Shown: one piece after another, positions 11,500 to 24,769 of the stretch
Numbering within the stretch: position 1 is the first letter of the stretch
How the letters are laid out: every line of letters begins with the position of its first letter
Source of the DNA: Callorhinchus milii
Taxonomy: Eukaryota
Assembly: GCF_018977255.1 (NCBI RefSeq)
Contig: NW_024704743.1
Span: 28,954,001 to 29,018,000, forward strand
Length of the DNA: 64,000 nt
Direction: 5' to 3'
Program-made: the position numbers and the translations under genes
The notes under the pieces: generated by a model
What the model saw: the letters and a program-made list of their open reading frames with translations, nothing else
Told to the model about the DNA's origin: nothing
Databases searched by the model: none

Positions 11500-11915
11500 T
11501 GTGAAGTAGTTCCTCCTCAATTCTGTTTTAGATCCCCTCGTCACTATTTTATACTTGTACCCCTGGTTACAGACTCCCCAACTAATGGAAAAAACCTATT
11601 TAAGTTAGCCCTATCAAACGCTTTCAGAATTTTAAACACCTCTATCAAGTGTCTTCTTAATTGTCTCTTTAGCATAAAAAGGTCTAACTTATCCACTCAA
11701 TCCTGATAGCAGTAACCTGCCAGCCCTGATAATATCCTAGTAAACCTAATCTGCACTCTTTCAATGGCTGTAATATCCTTCTTAAAATTTGGGACGTACT
11801 CCTGACGTGAAAAGCGCTATATCAAATGCAAGGATTATTATTATATTATTATAAAATGTAGAGACTAGAGCTGGACACAGTACTCCAAATATGGTTGAAC
11901 CAAGGCTTTGTACAA
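11500..11915 (-). mobile_element. CR1 LINE fragment with an inserted SINE tail
   Basis: Minus frame LYKALVQPYLEYCVQ is the CR1 ORF2 motif; ccctggttacagactc region present. Confidence 0.8.
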
Positions 11916-14590
11916 AACCTGGTTTGTTGGCCAGGATACCGTGAAAGAGACAGAAACTCCTTTCTCTTTTTCAACAGCACAAGGGGAGATCTTTAAAGCT
12001 CTTGAACCTTTTGACACCAGAGGAGAGAGTGTTTGTGAATGGAACCAAGCTAGGATAAACAGGAAGGCGTGAACAGCTTCTGACTTCAGCCAGGGTTCAG
12101 ACTTTGAGTTGAGGCCCAGGAAACCAGATTTCTGAACAATCCATAGACATGTAGGACATGGAGTGGCTGCAAGTGGGTTACAAGACAGCAATTATATTTT
12201 AATCAGTCCATAATCTACAAGAGCAAAGCTGATGGAAATGGAACCAGACCCCTATTAATGGATTATTAGTTTACTCTAATATGATGGGTGAAAATCTGGC
12301 ATGCAATATTATCATTGGCGATATTAACATATGAACCAAATCTGCAGTCAAAAGCAGCCAATAATTATCACAGGTCTGGGAGAAGATGGGGGAGGCAGAT
12401 ACTTGACCCCCAAACCAGTAATAACTTGTTTTTGACTGCATTCTAAGGTTGAAGGTATTATTATCACCAGTGATAATGTATGCTTTACCCCCTACAATCT
12501 AGAGTTTGTCCATGTTCTAACCGTTATGCTTAGCACAGCAGTAATGTGACACATCTTAAAAGGTAAACAAAGAGATAACAGTGGCAAATAATATCAGCAG
12601 GCTGTTGTTGCCAGCAGCTGTTCGGGAAATAGACTATACAGAGAGTATTATACTTTGTAAGTGCCTATTTTAATCAGAATTGAATGGGTGTAATTATTTG
12701 TGATAGAAAGCAAATAGAGTCTGGCACCACTTGCTTCTCTTAGTTTAGGATCATGTTTGCTAGCGGATATGGCACTTCATTTCCTAACCCAGTCTTTCCA
12801 ATTACAATCTAACATCCTTGATAGATTCCAATCTATCAAGGGCACAGTCGCTCAGAACATCATGGTGAAAAATGCAACATTCAATGTGGTAATTATTACC
12901 AATGATATTACATAAACAGCATTTCCATTCATTGGATGTTCCATTTGATGGTGAACTCCTGGATGACCAATGTTCCTCTCTGGCCTTTTTGTGCACTTTG
13001 GCAGCAGTGAAGTTAAACGTCTTAATGGGAAGTCTTTTGAAGATTGACATTCTCTGATCTGGTGTGCAATGAGCACAATTGAGGCCTGCTGTATTGTCCA
13101 TGTAACTCAATTTTGCTTGACAAAGTAATGCTTCATTTTGTCAATTCACTCCTTCAAAAACTAACTGCAAGGGTTGTCTTGTGAATTGAATTAGAGGCTT
13201 CAGGGATGGGAATAGCCTTATAATTGAATACCACCCAATAGCTCCAGCACCCAGTCTTCCTGCAGTTTAACATTTAGCTTTGCCTGTTGCCAATCCAGTA
13301 CCCAATGGGTTGAAACTCAAAAGAGCTGACAGAGCTTATTTTATTTATTTTAATCAGGGAATATTGTAAGAATTAATTTTCCATTTGCCCTCTTTGCACC
13401 ACCTCCCTGTACTCTATGTTCCAATCATTTCTGTGTGCTGATAAATCATACAGAGGCCAGGAAATCTTTGGCAAGACTACTACGAAAGTTACACAAAAAC
13501 TGGCCTAAATCCAGTCAATCGATCTAGGCTTCGACATCAGATTGGTACCAGTGCCAGTGATGGTCATAAAAAAATCAATTTTGAAAATTAATATGTCTAA
13601 AAGACCATGAATTAATTTGTTCTGACCTTAAACTGGTGCCTGATTCTACACAATTACAATTAATTGCCACTGAGCAGCAGTTTGCTTCTCTATTATCATT
13701 CATGTTGGATATCATTTACGGGGATAAACATTGTCGTGTCCGATGGGTCAGATCTAATAAGAAACATCCCAATTTTCACCCAATTGAGTGAAATAGGGCT
13801 ACAGCGTTTACAAATAAAAGGGACGTCATCCTCAGCAAATATGATTCTGCTAAATGTTAAGATCAGGATGCTGGGGTTAGTGGCCCAGAACTCCATTGAT
13901 GGAGTATTTTGGTGCATGTGCCTGAAAGGAATGCAGCAAGGCATCATTTTGCCTGATTCTTGAAGCCAGCTTTCTCTGGCAATCTTGAAGCAATTATTCA
14001 AGACATTAATCCAGAGTCTACTCGGCATGTTGTGAGCTTCTTTATAAAACTGACAAACATGACTTGAAACTCAGTACAAAAATTGTAGCCTTCTAAAGAC
14101 TGAACAATTGTGATTTTGTTTCTTGTTTGAATGAGGAGTTAAAGATCATGCAATCCTTGACTAGCACTCTCTTGACATAAATCAGGTTAATGTATAATTT
14201 CTGGAAAATAGGGCTAGTTTCTGAAATGTAAAGCTACAGGAACCTATATGTAAATGTACATAAGAACATACAATTTTATAGTTTGAAAAAGAGCAAATTG
14301 GCTACATTTATCTACAAATACACTTAAAATCCTATGAAGTACTTTGAGATATTTGGAGGCTGTGATTAAGCTCTATATTAAATGCAAGGAATATTATCAT
14401 GTAGAAGTAAATAAAAACTGTCTGTTCAACTTGCTCTTTCTCTGGTTAGGTCTGCTTCTCTTTGCTGCATATACTATATGTACATAATATCTAAACTAAA
14501 CCCATGGTTATCTAGACCAATAGGGGGGAAGGAGAAGAGATCCATTCCAGTGAGATGGAATCTCCGGCGAGGTGTAATTACAATGCAAGT

Positions 14591-14916
14591 ATAATAATAA
14601 TATAATAATAATAATCCTTGTATTTGATATAGCGCTTTTCACGTTTTCTAGATGTCTCAAAGCGCTTCACAGAATATGCTGTAAAGTGAATTGACTGTAT
14701 ATTTGTGGGAGAAACGCGGCAGCCAATTGCGCACAGCAGTGTCCCACAAACAGTCGTGGATTGAAAATGACCAATTTATTATTGCTTTGTTTTGGAGGGA
14801 TTATTATTAGGTGTGTGGAGTAAGGAAACTTGCCTAAGGTTTCGCCCTGCCTGGAATTGAACCCAGGTGTCTCGCTTGCAAGGTGAGTGTTCTAACCACT
14901 GAGCTACAGGACTCCA
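14591..14916 (-). mobile_element. Full-length tRNA-Ala SINE
   Basis: Head through (TTA)n tail, close match to 54201-54523. Confidence 0.95.
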
Positions 14917-15089
14917 AGTATCGGCATTTACTGGTTTTTTTTGCATCCGCTTTTTTCAATGCCAAAAAATGCCGGTAAATTGCAGCACCAGCCTTGCTTG
15001 AAAATTGTTTGAATATTTTGTGGGCAAAATGGGGTAGCGAGTTGTGTGCAGCAGTATCCCAAAAACAGTCGTGAATTGATTGACCAACT

Positions 15090-15905
15090 AGAATATTACA
15101 GCATAGAAGGAGGCCATTCGGCCCATCAGGCCTGTGGTGGCTCTTTGGAAGAGCTACCCAATCAGTCCCACTCCCTGCTCTTTCCCCATATCCTTGCAAA
15201 TTTTTCCTACAACAACAACTTGCATTTATACAACTTGCATTCACACGGGGTAGCATCCCAGATCGCTTGGATCTATTCAAATACCTTTCCAATAGATCCT
15301 ATTCAAGTGCCTATCCAATTCCCTTTTGAAAGTTGTTATTGAATCTGTTTTCACCATTCTTTCAACCAGTGCATTCCAGACTTTAACACCTCTCTGTGTA
15401 AAAAAAATTCGCTTCATCTCCCCTCTGGTTGTTTTGCCAATTATCTTGAATCTATGTTCTCTGGTTACTGATCCATCTGCCAGTGGAAACAGTTTTTCCC
15501 TATCTACTCTATCAAAACCCCTCATAATTTTGAACAACTCTATTGAATCCCCCTTAACCATACTCTAAGAAGAACAATCCCAGTTTCTCTAGTCTCCCCA
15601 CATAACTAAAGTGCCTCATCCCTGGTACCATTCTGTTAAATCTTCATTGCACCCTCTCAAAGGCCTTGATATCCTTCCTAAAGTGTGGTGCCCCAAATTA
15701 GTCACAATACTCCAGCTGAGGCATAACCAGTGACTTATAAAGGCTTAGCAGAATTTCCTTACTTTTGTACTCCATGCCTCTATTTATAAAACCAAGGATT
15801 CCATATGCTTTTTTAACAGCTCTATCAACCTGTTCTGCTACTTGTGCCACTCTGCTCCAGAACACCCTTTAAAACTGTACCATTTAGTGTATATTACCTC
15901 TCCTC
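15090..15905 (-). mobile_element. CR1 LINE 3' fragment (short L2 tail inserted ~15208-15270)
   Basis: ORF 15277..15561 GDSIELFKIMRGFDRVDREKLFPL..FFTQRGVKVWNAL plus CR1 3' UTR. Confidence 0.92.
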
Positions 15906-15969
15906 AAGAGAGAGAGAAACAAAGAAAATAAAGATCTATTATTATTATTTTTTAATTTTTTTTTGAAGT

Positions 15970-16130
15970 GATTATTACCCTCAGAAAATAATCCGCCAAT
16001 TGACTAACAACTGTGTTCCTACTTACTGCTAGGTAAATAGGTACATGTGGAATAAGGAAACTTGCCCAAGGTGTCGCCCTACCCAAATCAGACCCAGGTC
16101 ATCTCGCTTGTGATGTGAGTGCTATAACCA
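15970..16130 (-). mobile_element. tRNA-Ala SINE, long-form fragment
   Basis: Contains the extra segment gttcctacttactgctaggtaaa, also present at ~55290. Confidence 0.75.
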
Positions 16131-16241
16131 ATAATAATAATACTCCTGGTATTTGATATAACAGCTTATGTGAAGGGTGCAATATAAATGCAAACTTTTG
16201 TTGTTATTGATCCTCCTTTGTCAGGAGGTTAGTTATAATAG

Positions 16242-16558
16242 TAATAATAATCCTTGCATTTGATATAGCGCTTTTCATGTCAGGAGGACGTCCCAAAGCG
16301 CTTCACAGAATATACTGTAAAGTGAATTGACTGTATATTTGTGGGCGAACGCGGCAGCCAATTGCGCACAGCAATGTCCCACAAACAGTCGTAGATTGAA
16401 AATGACCAATTTATTATTGTTTTTGTTTTGGAGGGATTATTATTAGGCTCTGTGTGGAGTAAGGAAACTTGCCCAAGGTTTCACCCTCTTCCTGGAATTG
16501 AACTCAGGTCTCTCACTTGCAAAGCGAGTGCTCTAACCACTGAGCTACAGGACTCCAC
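16242..16558 (-). mobile_element. Full-length tRNA-Ala SINE
   Basis: Close match to 54201-54523. Confidence 0.95.
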
Positions 16559-18011
16559 TATCTATTGGCTTAATTCACATATTATGTTTTGAGGTAATGT
16601 TACCACTTGAGCTCTCCATTGTTTTCCTCCTGTGTCTGGTCCTCCTTGGTTCCTCACCTTTTGCGGATAACAGTTTGGTCAGTTTGAACGGGAGTAACTC
16701 CACCCAAATCAATGCAGCCCTTCCTTCTCCCTCCCCCACTAACTCTTCCCTCCGCCCCGCAACACCCAAAACTTATTTGCCTCACACAGGCCCTCGCTAA
16801 TTCTCCTTGTGGTGATTTGCGATCAGACAGGAAAACTCTTGGCCTCAAAGAGAAACCTGAGGGTATGAATAATGATGGAGACACAGATCTGAACTCAGGT
16901 CAGAAGTCCAAGGCTTAAGTATTTAAGCTACCAGGCTGCCAGCTGTAACAAGCGGTTTAAGGCTTTATAAGATTAGGCAATGCAAATAAAGCATTACTGG
17001 GTGACATGTAGGCTCCACAACATGATATTGTGACTATGGTTCATCTTGAAAAGAAAATAACATAGCAAAGCCATGGGGCACATGTCGATCCCTTAACTAT
17101 ATCCAGCAGTCACAATGAACAAGGTTGGCCTGAAATTGAGACACGAGAAATCAATGTAAGCACACCATTACAGGCAATTTAAAAGCCCTCAGATTTTAGA
17201 CTTGAGGGATTTTCTTCCCAGTATAATTGCTGGAAAATTCCCAAGCCTCTAGAGTGCACGCTTCACAAATGCCAACAAACATTTTCATTCAATAGCTTTC
17301 TGTTCTGTGATGCCTTTTGTATGATGCTCACTGCTTCAGAGAAGAGTCAAAAAAATTGTGTTTTTCTTGATATCAACTATGTTTCTGCAAGAGCTTATTT
17401 TCTCCTCAATGTCACCTCTCACTGTTTCCCCTCCCTCCAATGCGCGGAAGGAGGAAAAACAGTGAGAGATGACAACTTCTAGACAACTGATAACTGTTCT
17501 TTGTCAACTAACCCCAACTTCTCCACCCCCACCAACCCCGGTAAGAGTAGATCAGGGCTGTCCACTTTTTCCAGAAAATGTCCTTTCCTGAGGACAATAT
17601 AACTATGACTGAAAACCCACAGAATGCAGGATTGAACCCACTTCTTTGTACCCTGTAGGGTGCTCCAACCCACAATATTCATATGGATTTGTGAGGTTAC
17701 TCTAAACATAGATAAGGATCACCCAACAATATATATCTCTGTTTTTGTGAACCTGTTGTTCAGGTTAAATGTTTTTTTTTCCTTCTGACCATTTTTTTTA
17801 ACCTCTCAGGATACATCAGGGTTAGCAATTGAACATTTCCCTACTTTTTGCAACGGGTTTCAGCATTCAGCACAAATTGGATATGTCACTAACCAGATGC
17901 AAACATCTTTCTGCACTGGCCCAACGTTGAGCTTGAGCCTCATAGAGGTTCCCTACTATACTCCCATGTGACATTCCAACCCTGTGGTGTTTCTCAGTGA
18001 GATTGCCAATT

Positions 18012-19085
18012 CTACAACAACAACTTGCATTTATATAGGGTCTTTTCATGCGGGGTAATGTCCCAGAGCGCTTGACAGTGACAGAGTCTGACTCCGAGCA
18101 AGGGAGAGAGGGAGATGGGAAGTGACCGTAAGCACAATCAAAAAGGAAGGTTTTTAGGCAGGATTTCAAAGTGGGGAGGGCGGGGGCAAGATAAGCAAAT
18201 CAGATGGGTGCGAAGGTGCGAGGGCAGGAAGGGATTTGAAAATGAGTGAAACGATCTTGAAATTGATCCATTCGATAATTGTGAGCCAGTGCAGCCTGGA
18301 AAGGACTGATGTGATGGGGGCACAGAGTTTTGTGCGGGTGAGTATACAGGCGACGGAGTTTTGGATTAATTGAATTTTGTGTATGGTGGGGCTGAGGAGA
18401 CCAAAGAGGAAGGCATTAGAAGAGAGCAGCCGGGAAGTACCGAAGGCGTGAACAAGTGTTTCAGGTGCTTTGGTTGTGAGTTACGGACGAAGGAGAGCAA
18501 TGTGACAGATGTGGAAAAAAGCAGTCCTGGTCAGGGAACGGAAATGGGGTAGAAAGGAAAGCTGGGGATCGAACCTGATGCCTAAGTTGCACATGTGTTC
18601 GGTGAATCTGAGGGAGAACTCAGGGAGGTTTAGGAGTTCAGACCCGCAGGAGGAAAAACGTTAGCGGCAGCCAAAGAGTATGGTAGGAAATTTGCGCTCA
18701 TCCAGGCCTTGATGTCCATCAAACAAGCTGATATCAGCAGACTACGAGTCGCAGCCGGAGAAGGAGATTTGGGTTTCATTCGCATACATGTTGAAGTTGA
18801 CCCCATGTCTGTGGATGACATCACTGAGAGGGAGCATGTAGATGAGGAAAAGAAGGGGGCCAAGGATAGAGCCCGCAGATGACTGGTGAGAGGAAAAAAG
18901 ATTTGTCAACGTTGGTGGTTAGTTAAGTTGGTGCTGTCCTACTAAAGTTGATGAGGAAGTAGTGGTGGTGGCGGAGGATGGCGTGATCGATGTGTCGAAT
19001 GCGGTGGATAGGTCAAGAGAACGAGGAGGCAGAGGGAATCCAGGTCACAGAGAGAGAGAACATCATTTATTACTTTGACGAGCGC
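18012..19085 (-). mobile_element. L2 LINE ORF2 (RT to 3' end), internally deleted
   Basis: Minus frames read TETALVKVINDVL..LLVLL, ISACLMDIKAWMSANFL and LKTFLFDCAY; caacaacaac tail at left. Confidence 0.9.
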
Positions 19086-19816
19086 TGTCTCTGTGGGCAG
19101 AGAGAAAACCAGACTGGAGAGGTTTGAGTAGGGAGTGAAGGGTGAGGTGTGAGCAAAGTTGATTTGCAACAATGCATTCCAACAATCCCCCCAAATAAAA
19201 TCGGTCATTGACTCCATGGACATTTGTGGAATACTATTGTGCACAACTGTCTGCTAGTTTTGCCCACAAAATACACAGTATATCCTGTAAAACGCTTTGA
19301 GATGTCTCAGGGACATGATATCAGGCACGTGACATCTGATCAGGGACGTGATAAGGCGATATATCAAATACAAGGATTATTATTAAGTTACTGTTGAAGT
19401 TGCATGCGTATTCTTTGTCAAATAACATTTGAGGGTATAAAAATACACACATTTCTATTAATGATCACAATGAAGAAAAATACAAGAAACACTTTATTAA
19501 CCAAACATGTTCCTGCTGAAGTACAGTTCTGTCCACTGAATTTCTCCAGTCCTCAAATGGTTAAAAAAAACATGATCTGGGTCTGAGAGCAGCAAAATAA
19601 TCAAAGGGAGACAGATTCTAACAGGCTGTGGCAAAGTTTGCAGACGGAGGCAAAACAAACCCAGAAATCCAAGGGATTTTCAGGCCTCAGTCAAATATTT
19701 TGAAGGACTCTGCTGTAAAAATAAGTGGACCACACAAAATCATTAAGGCAGTTATGGATGATTTAACAATTTAGTCCAAAGAAAACTTTATTTGGTGCTT
19801 TTTTGCTCCTCAGATA

Positions 19817-19921
19817 CAGGGTGATCAAAAAGTCGTGATAACTACCCTATTATCTAAAAAAAATAATTTCTTTAAGATTTATTAGACATTGTAATAGTAT
19901 CACGACTTTTGGTCGCCCTTG
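19817..19921. mobile_element. Tc1/mariner-type MITE
   Basis: Imperfect TIRs CAGGGTGATCAAAAAGTCGTGATA / TATCACGACTTTTGGTCGCCCTTG, with TA on both flanks. Confidence 0.8.
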
Positions 19922-20559
19922 TAGATATCCTATAATAGGGTCCCTGCTCTTGAATTTAAGAATAATTGAAACACAAATGCTATGAATTTCTGCATTTTGG
20001 TTCCAGACATCTCTTTATTTCTGTATTTTGATTTTCAGGTGTGAAAAATGTGATTTCTCAGCCGCATCACCTGCCCTGCGTAAATTTGTGCTTCACTCTG
20101 ATTTATTTGAAGCCACCTAAAAGTGATGTGGTTCAGGATGAAACGTTTGCTAGTTCAAGTGGCCAGAGACTGCTGGACCCAATTATAGGTAGACATCCTT
20201 GGACTCACCAAAACTATGAGATACTGAGATCTTTGAGAGGTCTCTCTCTGAGAGGTGCTATATAAATGTATATTGCATTGTATATACTGTATCACCTATT
20301 ATATAAATATGTTTAATTTATGCTTCTATTCAGCTCGAAATTTGAAAGCTGACTTTAAAATATATTGTCGGTAAAATGGTACAAAACAGCTGATCTCAAT
20401 GCAGGTGAGTCAGGGACGTACTTGGCCTAGTGATAATTAATGGACAAATTTCACACCATCCTAGGACATTGAGCTCATACTCTTGACCATTGCTGAACAA
20501 ACTACAGCCTGAGAGGCCGTCAAGAAGTGTTATATACATTCGCACTAAGCAGCATTAGA

Positions 20560-20845
20560 TACATTACTATTGTTGAAAGAGCATTGCAATTCAGAGGTGT
20601 CTGACAATAAACTGAGGTCCTGTCTACTGTTCGAGTGGCCATTAAGGATCCCAAGGCACTGGTTGAAAAGTGAATGGAGTTTCAACAGGTGTCCTGGGCA
20701 GCAATCATCCAGATAAAATTCTTTATTGACTTCCGTGAAACTGTGAGATAATGCTGTGTGCAATTTGGCTGCTACGTTCGCTACAAAATACACAATTTAC
20801 TTTGAGAGCTTTGCGGTGTTATATCAAAAGCAAGGAATATCATTA
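20560..20845 (+). mobile_element. Deu-type SINE, 5'-truncated
   Basis: aaactgaggtcctgtct..taaggatcccaaggcact..gtgtcctgggca..ctgtgtgcaatttggctgc. Confidence 0.7.
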
Positions 20846-21359
20846 ATATTATTATATCTGGGCAGGTATGGCAAATGCATTTGCCGTATTAGACTCTGGC
20901 TCTCAAGGGTTCACTAGTTGTGACGTTACAACATTCACTTTAGTATTTCCATCTCTATGCCCACATTTACACCATCCACACATTTGTAATGCTGCGTTTA
21001 CTTTTTCTTTCTAACCGTGAAGTTTGATTTGTGCCCCTGGGCACAATGATTTACGCAAGTAGGATAGCTCACTAAACCATGGCTTGTCATGGTAACTGTA
21101 ATTTATAGGGTATTCAACCTAAAAGCAAAACACAAATTAATGTCAGTGCTTTGTCTGTGTGTTCAAGCTGCAATCTAGATGAGGTTTTGGATTGCTACTG
21201 TACATTTTTCCTAAAAGAAAACTGTATCTTTAATTACTATGGGGCATGTGAAAAGTATTTTTTTAATAGTATTTTATAACATACATACAAATATGCATAA
21301 TTTCTGTATTTGTTTCCCTTGCTCTAATTTTTTTCCTGCACTCCAATGCTAAAGTTACA

Positions 21360-21810
21360 ATTTCCACATAGACGAGGCTGAGTTTTCGTACCCAACAAAC
21401 TATTCTTCATATGTGAGCCCGGACTGTGAGTCTCGGCAAGATACTCAACAGCGAAGCAATACCACAGCTGAGCCTACTTCTGTACATGCCTGACAGTCAC
21501 ATTAATTACCAACTCATCTCATTGTTGTTGGTAGAAAATTGGTGCAATTTGTTGCTGCAAATTTACCTCTGAGATTGTCTCCGTACTAGCATTCACTTCA
21601 TTTCTATCTCATCCAATTCAGTAATGCATTTAGAGATGTTTCTTTAATGTAAGTTGTCTTTTCATGCGAACTTTCCAGCAGGGGTTACTGGAGAGCGATC
21701 AAGATAGGAACTCACTGCTTTCTCTTTCCTAGCCCACCGTCACTGAACAAATTGTAGAGTTGCAACCATTACCTCAGCTGAAATCTGCTAAGTCAGCTAA
21801 TATCAGCTGT
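21360..21810 (-). mobile_element. Ancient SINE-like family Y, interrupted by a Deu-SINE tail (~21505-21660)
   Basis: Reverse complement resembles 62211-62550 (ctgctggaaag, ggctgtg, gctcaca(t/c)a..gaata). Confidence 0.55.
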
Positions 21811-22779
21811 AACCTGCTTCTAGCTCAAAATAGTTTTATTTTATTCCAGAGTTCTAAGACATCATTGGATAAATCTACATGGCTGACCTGGAACACAAGA
21901 TCTTCCAGCCCTTCCACTACCCTGCCATGAAATTTTAACGTCTTATTGATGCTCTGTTTTCCCCGCTGTTGTCACAAAAGATTATATAGATGTCTTTGGT
22001 ATTATCAAGCAATATGACTGAGTATTAAAACAACTCTCTTTGAAGCTGCTCTGTTAAAACTTGAAAAAACCTTTTGACAATGCATGGCACAATGCCTGAA
22101 TCCATTTACTGATGGCATTTTACAAAGACTGTTTGAGCAGCAATAGTCCAGTGATAACAGAACTGTGATGAGTCATATTCTATAGCCAAAGAATTCAAAG
22201 GAAATTTGACTTTTCAAAACCTTCTATTACCTCTCACCACATAATTAATAACAAAATCTCGTGCCTATGGAAAAAAGTATGTAATACCATCTCTTTGATC
22301 TCAAACTTCTCTTTCATCCTATTTTCATGCATTGGTTGTAGGAGGTATTTTGGCTTGTGACTACTACAAGCCTACTGCATGCTTTAAAAGATTAGTTTAT
22401 TTTAAACCTATCACTGATAGGTCTGAACCGATCCTTTTCTACAAACATGAAAATCCCCAGTGATTCATTAAATGGCTCTCTTACGCCAAATGATGATTCA
22501 TTGGAAAAGGTCACAACAATTACATTCCAACAATATAGCCTACTCCTCCGTAGAGCCTTTCCAAATCACAGCCCAGTCCTCTGTGGATTTCCCTCCGTTC
22601 ATTTCCTTGGTACTGCATTCCCCTTCAGTGAGCTATTTCACCACCAAATACATTTTCTCTCCAGCTGTAGTCCAACCCAGTGACCAAAGGTGATCCTGCA
22701 GCTTTCAGTCCTTTTACCCTGGATCGTTAATCATTGGTTAGGCATGGTTACAGTGCTCGCTCACATATCTGAGGGATAA

Positions 22780-23070
22780 GGGAAATAAGAGTTCCCCGCG
22801 CTCATTGTCCGGAGCGTTGCTCACTAACACCCAACTCCGATCAGTTTGAGCCTCCGCTCTTTGGAACTGTCTCCTGAAAGCCCTTTGCCTTGCTCTTTCT
22901 TTACCTGCCTTCAAGAACCTCTTAAAAACCTATTTATTTGACCGTGCCTTTGGTCAACACCCTTCAAGTCTCCTTCTTCTCCTCCCTACTTAGTGATCTC
23001 CTCTGTGAAACACTTTAAGATGTTCATCCTATGTGAAAGGCGCTGCACAAGTGCAGGGTAGTTGTTGTTT
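22780..23070 (+). mobile_element. L2 3' end
   Basis: ctttggaact..cttaaaaacctatttatttgaccgtgcctttggtca..gtgaaaggcgct. Confidence 0.8.
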
Positions 23071-23507
23071 CTGCCAGCTGAGGTGAGATGAGGTGACAGT
23101 TACTTGAATTAGCATCTGTCTTGCCATTCTCACCATAAGTAAAGGCTTGTTGTCAGAGTGGTGATGGTTCTCTCTCCTCTGAATCTTTTCTCTTTCTCTG
23201 TCACAACCTTTCTTCGCTTTCTCTGTTTAACTGTTATAGTATTGACATTGCACCTCTAATTTTTTGGGGGTCTTTTGCCCAAGCTCTGAACATGCTATCC
23301 TATGCACACACCTTCTCCCTTATCCTTACTGTGTGGAAATCCAGACAAATTCACTATCTCCTAGAAAACTCTTTTTNCCAGGAGCTGTCACCTCAGTGTA
23401 ACCTAAACCAACCTCTACTTTTTAATGCCTTCTCCTCTCCTCATCTTTTGAACCTTGATGGAGCCTTACATCGTGGGCCGTAACCACTCTCCTCTAAATG
23501 TCTTCCT

Positions 23508-23735
23508 GTCTCGGTTGGTGGCACTCTCGCTTCTGGTTCGGGAGGTTGTGGGTTCAAGCTCCATGTTGGGCCTTTGAACTCATTGTCCAATGCAGTGCTG
23601 GGGGAGTGCTCCATTGTCAGAGTTACTATCTTTCAGATGAGACATTAAAACAAAGTGCTATCTGCCTGTTCAGGTGAATGTTAAAGTCTCATGGCACAAT
23701 TCAAAAAGAGAAGGGAGTTACTCCCGGTGCCCTGT
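23508..23735 (+). mobile_element. Deu-type tRNA SINE (5' part)
   Basis: tcggttggtggcactctcgc..ggttgtgggttcaagc..gatgagacattaaa..caggtgaatgttaaag. Confidence 0.8.
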
Positions 23736-23827
23736 CTCTCTGTGTGATTAACTTTCATATTTTCCAGATAACATGGATCGTAATTTAACAAGAATTCTTC
23801 TTTTCTTTTCTATATAGTACACTGATT

Positions 23828-23922
23828 CAATTCTGATAAAAGGTAAGTCTGGAAATGTTAACCTATCGTTCTCTTGCAGATGTCAAGTGACCTTTTGTGT
23901 GTTTCTCGCATTTGCTGTTTTT
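23828..23922 (+). mobile_element. Degenerate Penelope pLTR/hammerhead remnant
   Basis: ttctgataaaaggt..ggaaatgttaac..cagatg..tgacct..gcatttgctgtttt is collinear with 3858-3955. Confidence 0.55.
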
Positions 23923-24769
23923 CCTTATGAAAGTGAAGAATGAGTTAATCATCACTAATGATAATTATTGTATTGATGACTAATGCAGACGAGACAGGTC
24001 AATGAAAAATTTGTCCATGGGTCTCACACCTGACTCAACTCTATCCCATTAGTTGAGCCTAAACCATGGCCATGGTCACTATTGGACTTGCGGGCTGAGT
24101 GCATGTTAGTGAGATACTGTTTTATTTCAGAAAACAAAATGAACACCATGAACCAACAAGTCCAATGGCAGATGTAGATGACTTCAGATCCAACCACATG
24201 ACCAAAATATGAGTGGGAGATTTGTCAACTTCACTACATTTATGCAGAAAGATCTGATTTAAGGATGGTCTTGACTTGGATGCTAACATTGAATTTAGGC
24301 AGTAATCCCTAACCAGCAGCAATGGGTGTGTCACTATTTCCGAATACAGCTGGAGCGGGAGATAGATTGGACTTCAAATTCAATTTTATTAATGTGATTC
24401 CTGCCATAATTGTTGAGAGAAGAATCCAATTCTTGAAGTGAATGTGAATACACACCCAGCGTGGGAATGGATGGAGAAAAGATCAATGTGACCTTGCGAA
24501 CTGTGTGGGCTGGACAGGAAGTCCATTCTATGGCGGTACCTTCACTGTGCAGAGTTTAAACAAGCACAGAGCAAACATGCCATGTCCATTGTTCCATAAG
24601 GATAGTCCTTCATATACTCCACTTATGAAATCCATTGATGCTGTGGTTTATTGTCTTCAAAAGCCCCAAATATAATGGAGTACAAATCTTGGGATTACTA
24701 AACTGTTGCTAAACATTTTTAGGATCACTTTTAGGACTCCAGCAGGTGCCTCCCCCTGAAGCTAGTCAT

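Noticed and set aside
16597-16800. ORF with a signal-peptide-like N-terminus
   Set aside because: Short, lies in C-rich sequence resembling decayed L2, and has no splice or homology support
17810-17947. Strong acceptor followed by an open frame
   Set aside because: No convincing donor and the peptide is unrecognisable
20040-20120. CEKCDF zinc-finger-like peptide in an alternative frame
   Set aside because: Lacks the paired histidines and hits a stop soon after
22406-22422. Palindrome ACCTATCACTGATAGGT resembling the tet operator core
   Set aside because: No bacterial or vector context; best read as a chance or double-GATA palindrome
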